Below, in pieces: positions 34,870 to 37,403 of a stretch of DNA of 37,403 nt. The notes beneath the pieces are model-generated. The model did not search any database and was not told where the DNA came from. It saw nothing but the letters and a program-made list of their open reading frames with translations. A program made the position numbers and the translations under genes. Source of the DNA: an uncultured virus (IMG/VR IMGVR_UViG_3300050343_000259) (Duplodnaviria; Heunggongvirae; Uroviricota; Caudoviricetes); the IMG/VR virus record IMGVR_UViG_3300050343_000259; one strand, given 5' to 3'. The stretch's first letter is position 1. Every line of letters begins with the position of its first letter.

Positions 34870-35685
34870 AATAAGGTTTATATGACTTTTGTTCTGTTAT
34901 ATCAGAACCCATTAGAATTATGATCTATTGATATTTTTTATAGTCATTCTTTCATCATTTGTTATATATACACTTCGTGCTATATTCTATAAAAATCATC
35001 ATCGAATTCTTTATTCCTTTCTTTATCTCTTATGTCATCTTCTATTTTCCATAGCTTATTATTTATTTTATATATATCATTATATAAAGTATTTGCTATT
35101 TTCTATAATATGTTTATCCATCATTATTATAAATATTATGTAAATAAACTTGATATTAGACTATAATATTCTATATCAATAAATTTAATTTTTTTTATAT
35201 CAGTTATTTATTTCTGATTTAATTTTTATAGATAGTATTGATAGTTTGTCTATTAACTTCTCCAAGCGATACAGGGTATGTGTACTGTCATTGTATTATT
35301 TTTTTTTATATAATTTTCTTATTTAATTACGAAACGTAGTTTTAAGTAATTCTCTTCTCTCTTTTTAATGGTAACTTTAAATATATAATATAGAACTGCA
35401 TATATTAATACAACTACATGCAATAAACCAAACGGAATAATAAATGCTATTATATAAATAGCTATTATAAATTTTATCTTTTTTATTTAATTTGGTTTTC
35501 ACTTATATATTTTTATTTCTATAAAAAATGGGGCGGTTTCAAAAAACTAAAAACATTTAATACTGATTAATTTGGCAATATGCCATTCCTCCCCATTTAT
35601 ATTTTATTTATATTTTATTTTAAATTGTTTATATAATCTAATCTTTCTATTTCATCTTCAATAGATTCCTTTTTTGTAGAAATAT

Positions 35686-36018
35686 CTAATTCTCCTTCAT
35701 CAATACAACCAATCCACCAAACTTCAGGGTCATTATTGCTATTGTGTCTATATTTATTTCTTTATATAATTTTGGTATAACTCTTACACTATCTCCATTA
35801 AAAACTGTTGATTGACTACTTGCCGGTTTTTGTATAATTTGAAATTTGGGATTTGCTATATTTTCTTTAACACTATTATGTTTCTTTATAAATTTTTCTA
35901 TGTGTGTTAAATCGTGTGGATTGAATTTCACTAATGCATATATGCTTATTGCAATACAAATAAAATATATTAGTGCAATTAAAATTAGACTATATATTTT
36001 TTCTATTTTCTTTTTCAT
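35686..36018 (-). CDS. Membrane-anchored hypothetical protein; C-terminus may be frameshifted
   Basis: N-terminal hydrophobic helix; another frame continues NDPEVWWIGCIDEGELD..ERLDYINNLK to about 35615. Confidence 0.5.
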   Translation of the reverse strand: MKKKIEKIYSLILIALIYFICIAISIYALVKFNPHDLTHIEKFIKKHNSVKENIANPKFQIIQKPASSQSTVFNGDSVRVIPKLYKEINIDTIAIMTLKFGGLVVLMKEN

Positions 36019-36019
36019 T

Positions 36020-37217
36020 TATATTTTTTGAATTGCTTTTTATATAATTTCCCTTTATTTTACTTTGTCTTTTTTCAAAATCGAATTCTCTAAAATAGTT
36101 GTCATTTAAAAACTTTAAATATTTATTTTCTCTTTCCAACTTATAGATTTTTAATTTTTCTTTCCAAATCTGCTATCTCTTCATTTATATCATCTCACTC
36201 CATTACGGATACTGTATGATATGTCCAGTTCTTTATCTTTTAATGCAATAGGCTTTTGATATGCTTCTTTGTCATATCTCGTATAAGCACTTATTTGTTT
36301 TATATATTCTCCTTTTATCATCATAGCCTAATAAGTCTCCTATTGGACCCGGAAGTGAAGGAGTGGTCTGTGATGGTGTTTGTATGGATTTGCCGTTTGG
36401 TTGCATTGGTGTTTGTTTTACTCCACGTTCCTGACCCAACGGCTCATTCAACACAAATACATATATACCTTTTTTGATGGGTCACTATTTGCTTTGGTCA
36501 TATTCAAACTCATAATATGTTGACTTTGCTTTAACCGCCTGTCTGAATGAAATATTGTTATATAGCTTTTTATATTTTCCTATAATTTGAGAATAAGGAA
36601 AACTCATATTTGGTATTGATGGAGTAACAATTCCTAAATCTAATTGTATTGTATCATTTAATCTAAAATATGCCTGACTAAACCCTGCGGTCATTTCATC
36701 TTCAAATTGATACCAAGGTATTCCTAAAGTCAATGAAGGAGGAAATTGTCTTGTTCCTGCATTCTGTATCACTATTCTATTGAATTGGGGAATTAATACT
36801 GAAAGTGGGTAATTTGAGTAATTATCTCTTACTCTTCTATATTCTTTATATAAATCTTTTCTCTTTAAAGGAGTTCCTGCTTTCTTATAATAATCACTTA
36901 TAGCCTTAACAATACTTTGATAGCGGTTTTTATCGCCCTGAGTTTTCAGTTTAAGGGTCTTTCTACGACCTTTCTTTAATTTCCCTTTACTATCTCTAGT
37001 TTTTTTCCAAGTTTCCTTAGAAAGTATCTGTTTGGCTTTTGTCTTGGTGGTTTTTTTTTCTCGCTACGGCTTTTTTGGGGCTTTTTAAGGGCTTTTTTCT
37101 CGTTGCTTTACTATTTCCCTTATTTGTTTTTTTTGTCTGCTTATTTGACCCCTTATTTACTTTTTTGTCTTTCTCGTTTTCCTTTCCCTTTTCGCTTTTT
37201 GATTTCCCTTTTGCCAT
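36020..37217 (-). pseudogene. Probably one long gene with a Lys-rich N-terminus, broken by several indels (sequencing error or decay)
   Basis: Removing one A from the A9 run at 37051-59 fuses ORF 37017..37217 through an open frame into ORF 36485..36772; ORF 36272..36454 follows in that frame. Confidence 0.5.
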
Positions 37218-37346
37218 TATTTAATTTATTTTTTCATTTTACATTCTTTTTGGGTTTTTCTTAAAAATAATTACTCATTATAAACCCTCTTATCTCTTTG
37301 TCTTATCTATTAAATCTCTATTTATTTAAATCTCTAAAACTATCTA

Positions 37347-37354
37347 CAAATATA
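37347..37354 (-). promoter_or_regulatory. Bacteroidota-type -7 element (TATATTTG)
   Basis: Intergenic, upstream of the gene starting at 37217. Confidence 0.5.
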
Positions 37355-37403
37355 AAAAATTTTATCTATCTACCAAATAGCTTTCCTAACCACCTAACCT
37401 CTA

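Noticed and set aside
33820..35680. tRNA or rRNA genes in the non-coding region
   Set aside because: No cloverleaf, T-loop GTTC motif or rRNA-like sequence found.
36482..36487. In-frame TAG TGA between two same-frame ORFs as stop-codon reassignment
   Set aside because: Long genes elsewhere are open under code 11 and some end in TAG or TGA; compensating indels explain this spot better.
26891..37224. Plus-strand ORFs at 26891, 32397, 33937, 34928, 35846, 36256 and 37039
   Set aside because: Shadows or low-complexity AT-rich frames with no recognisable protein features.
1..37403. Eukaryotic giant virus (NCLDV) origin suggested by DUF5824-like, EF-hand and GG-cleavage motifs
   Set aside because: Peptidoglycan amidase, XRE regulator, operon-style overlapping genes and Bacteroidota promoters indicate a bacteriophage. 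No capsid, terminase or integrase gene is in the window, so lifestyle and family remain undetermined.

Overview
Very AT-rich (roughly 27% GC by eye), tightly packed, almost entirely minus-strand segment of a large dsDNA bacteriophage. The host is most likely Bacteroidota (Flavobacteriia-like): TAnnTTTG -7 promoters sit before several genes, there are no Shine-Dalgarno motifs, and an Amidase_3 endolysin start and a DUF3127-like SSB are present. The left 24.5 kb reads in transcription order: GPSH-motif protein, MoxR-like AAA+ ATPase, HExxH zincin, Cys-rich small protein, VWA protein, degenerate DarB-type methyltransferase, three small genes, 2475-aa SNF2 helicase, 741-aa unknown, two modular proteins, then a PAP2 phosphatase and an amidase. 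The two modular proteins are built from unrelated, mostly 50-140 aa units separated by a recurring (Y/F/M/L)-(A/E/K)-(K/E/D/R)-G-G motif. This is the best candidate for an undescribed system: GG-delimited polyproteins, possibly cleaved and/or module-shuffled. The right part holds replication genes with an 11-bp-phased iteron-like array, an XRE regulator, nucleotide-sugar genes (rmlB, rmlD-like, cytidylyltransferase, glycosyltransferase), a minimal PolB-like palm protein and a divergent pair of putative small RNAs. CCAG/CTGG and GATC appear strongly avoided. Beyond about 31.7 kb several genes are broken at homopolymer runs, probably by sequencing errors. All family calls come from motif recognition by eye, not database searches.
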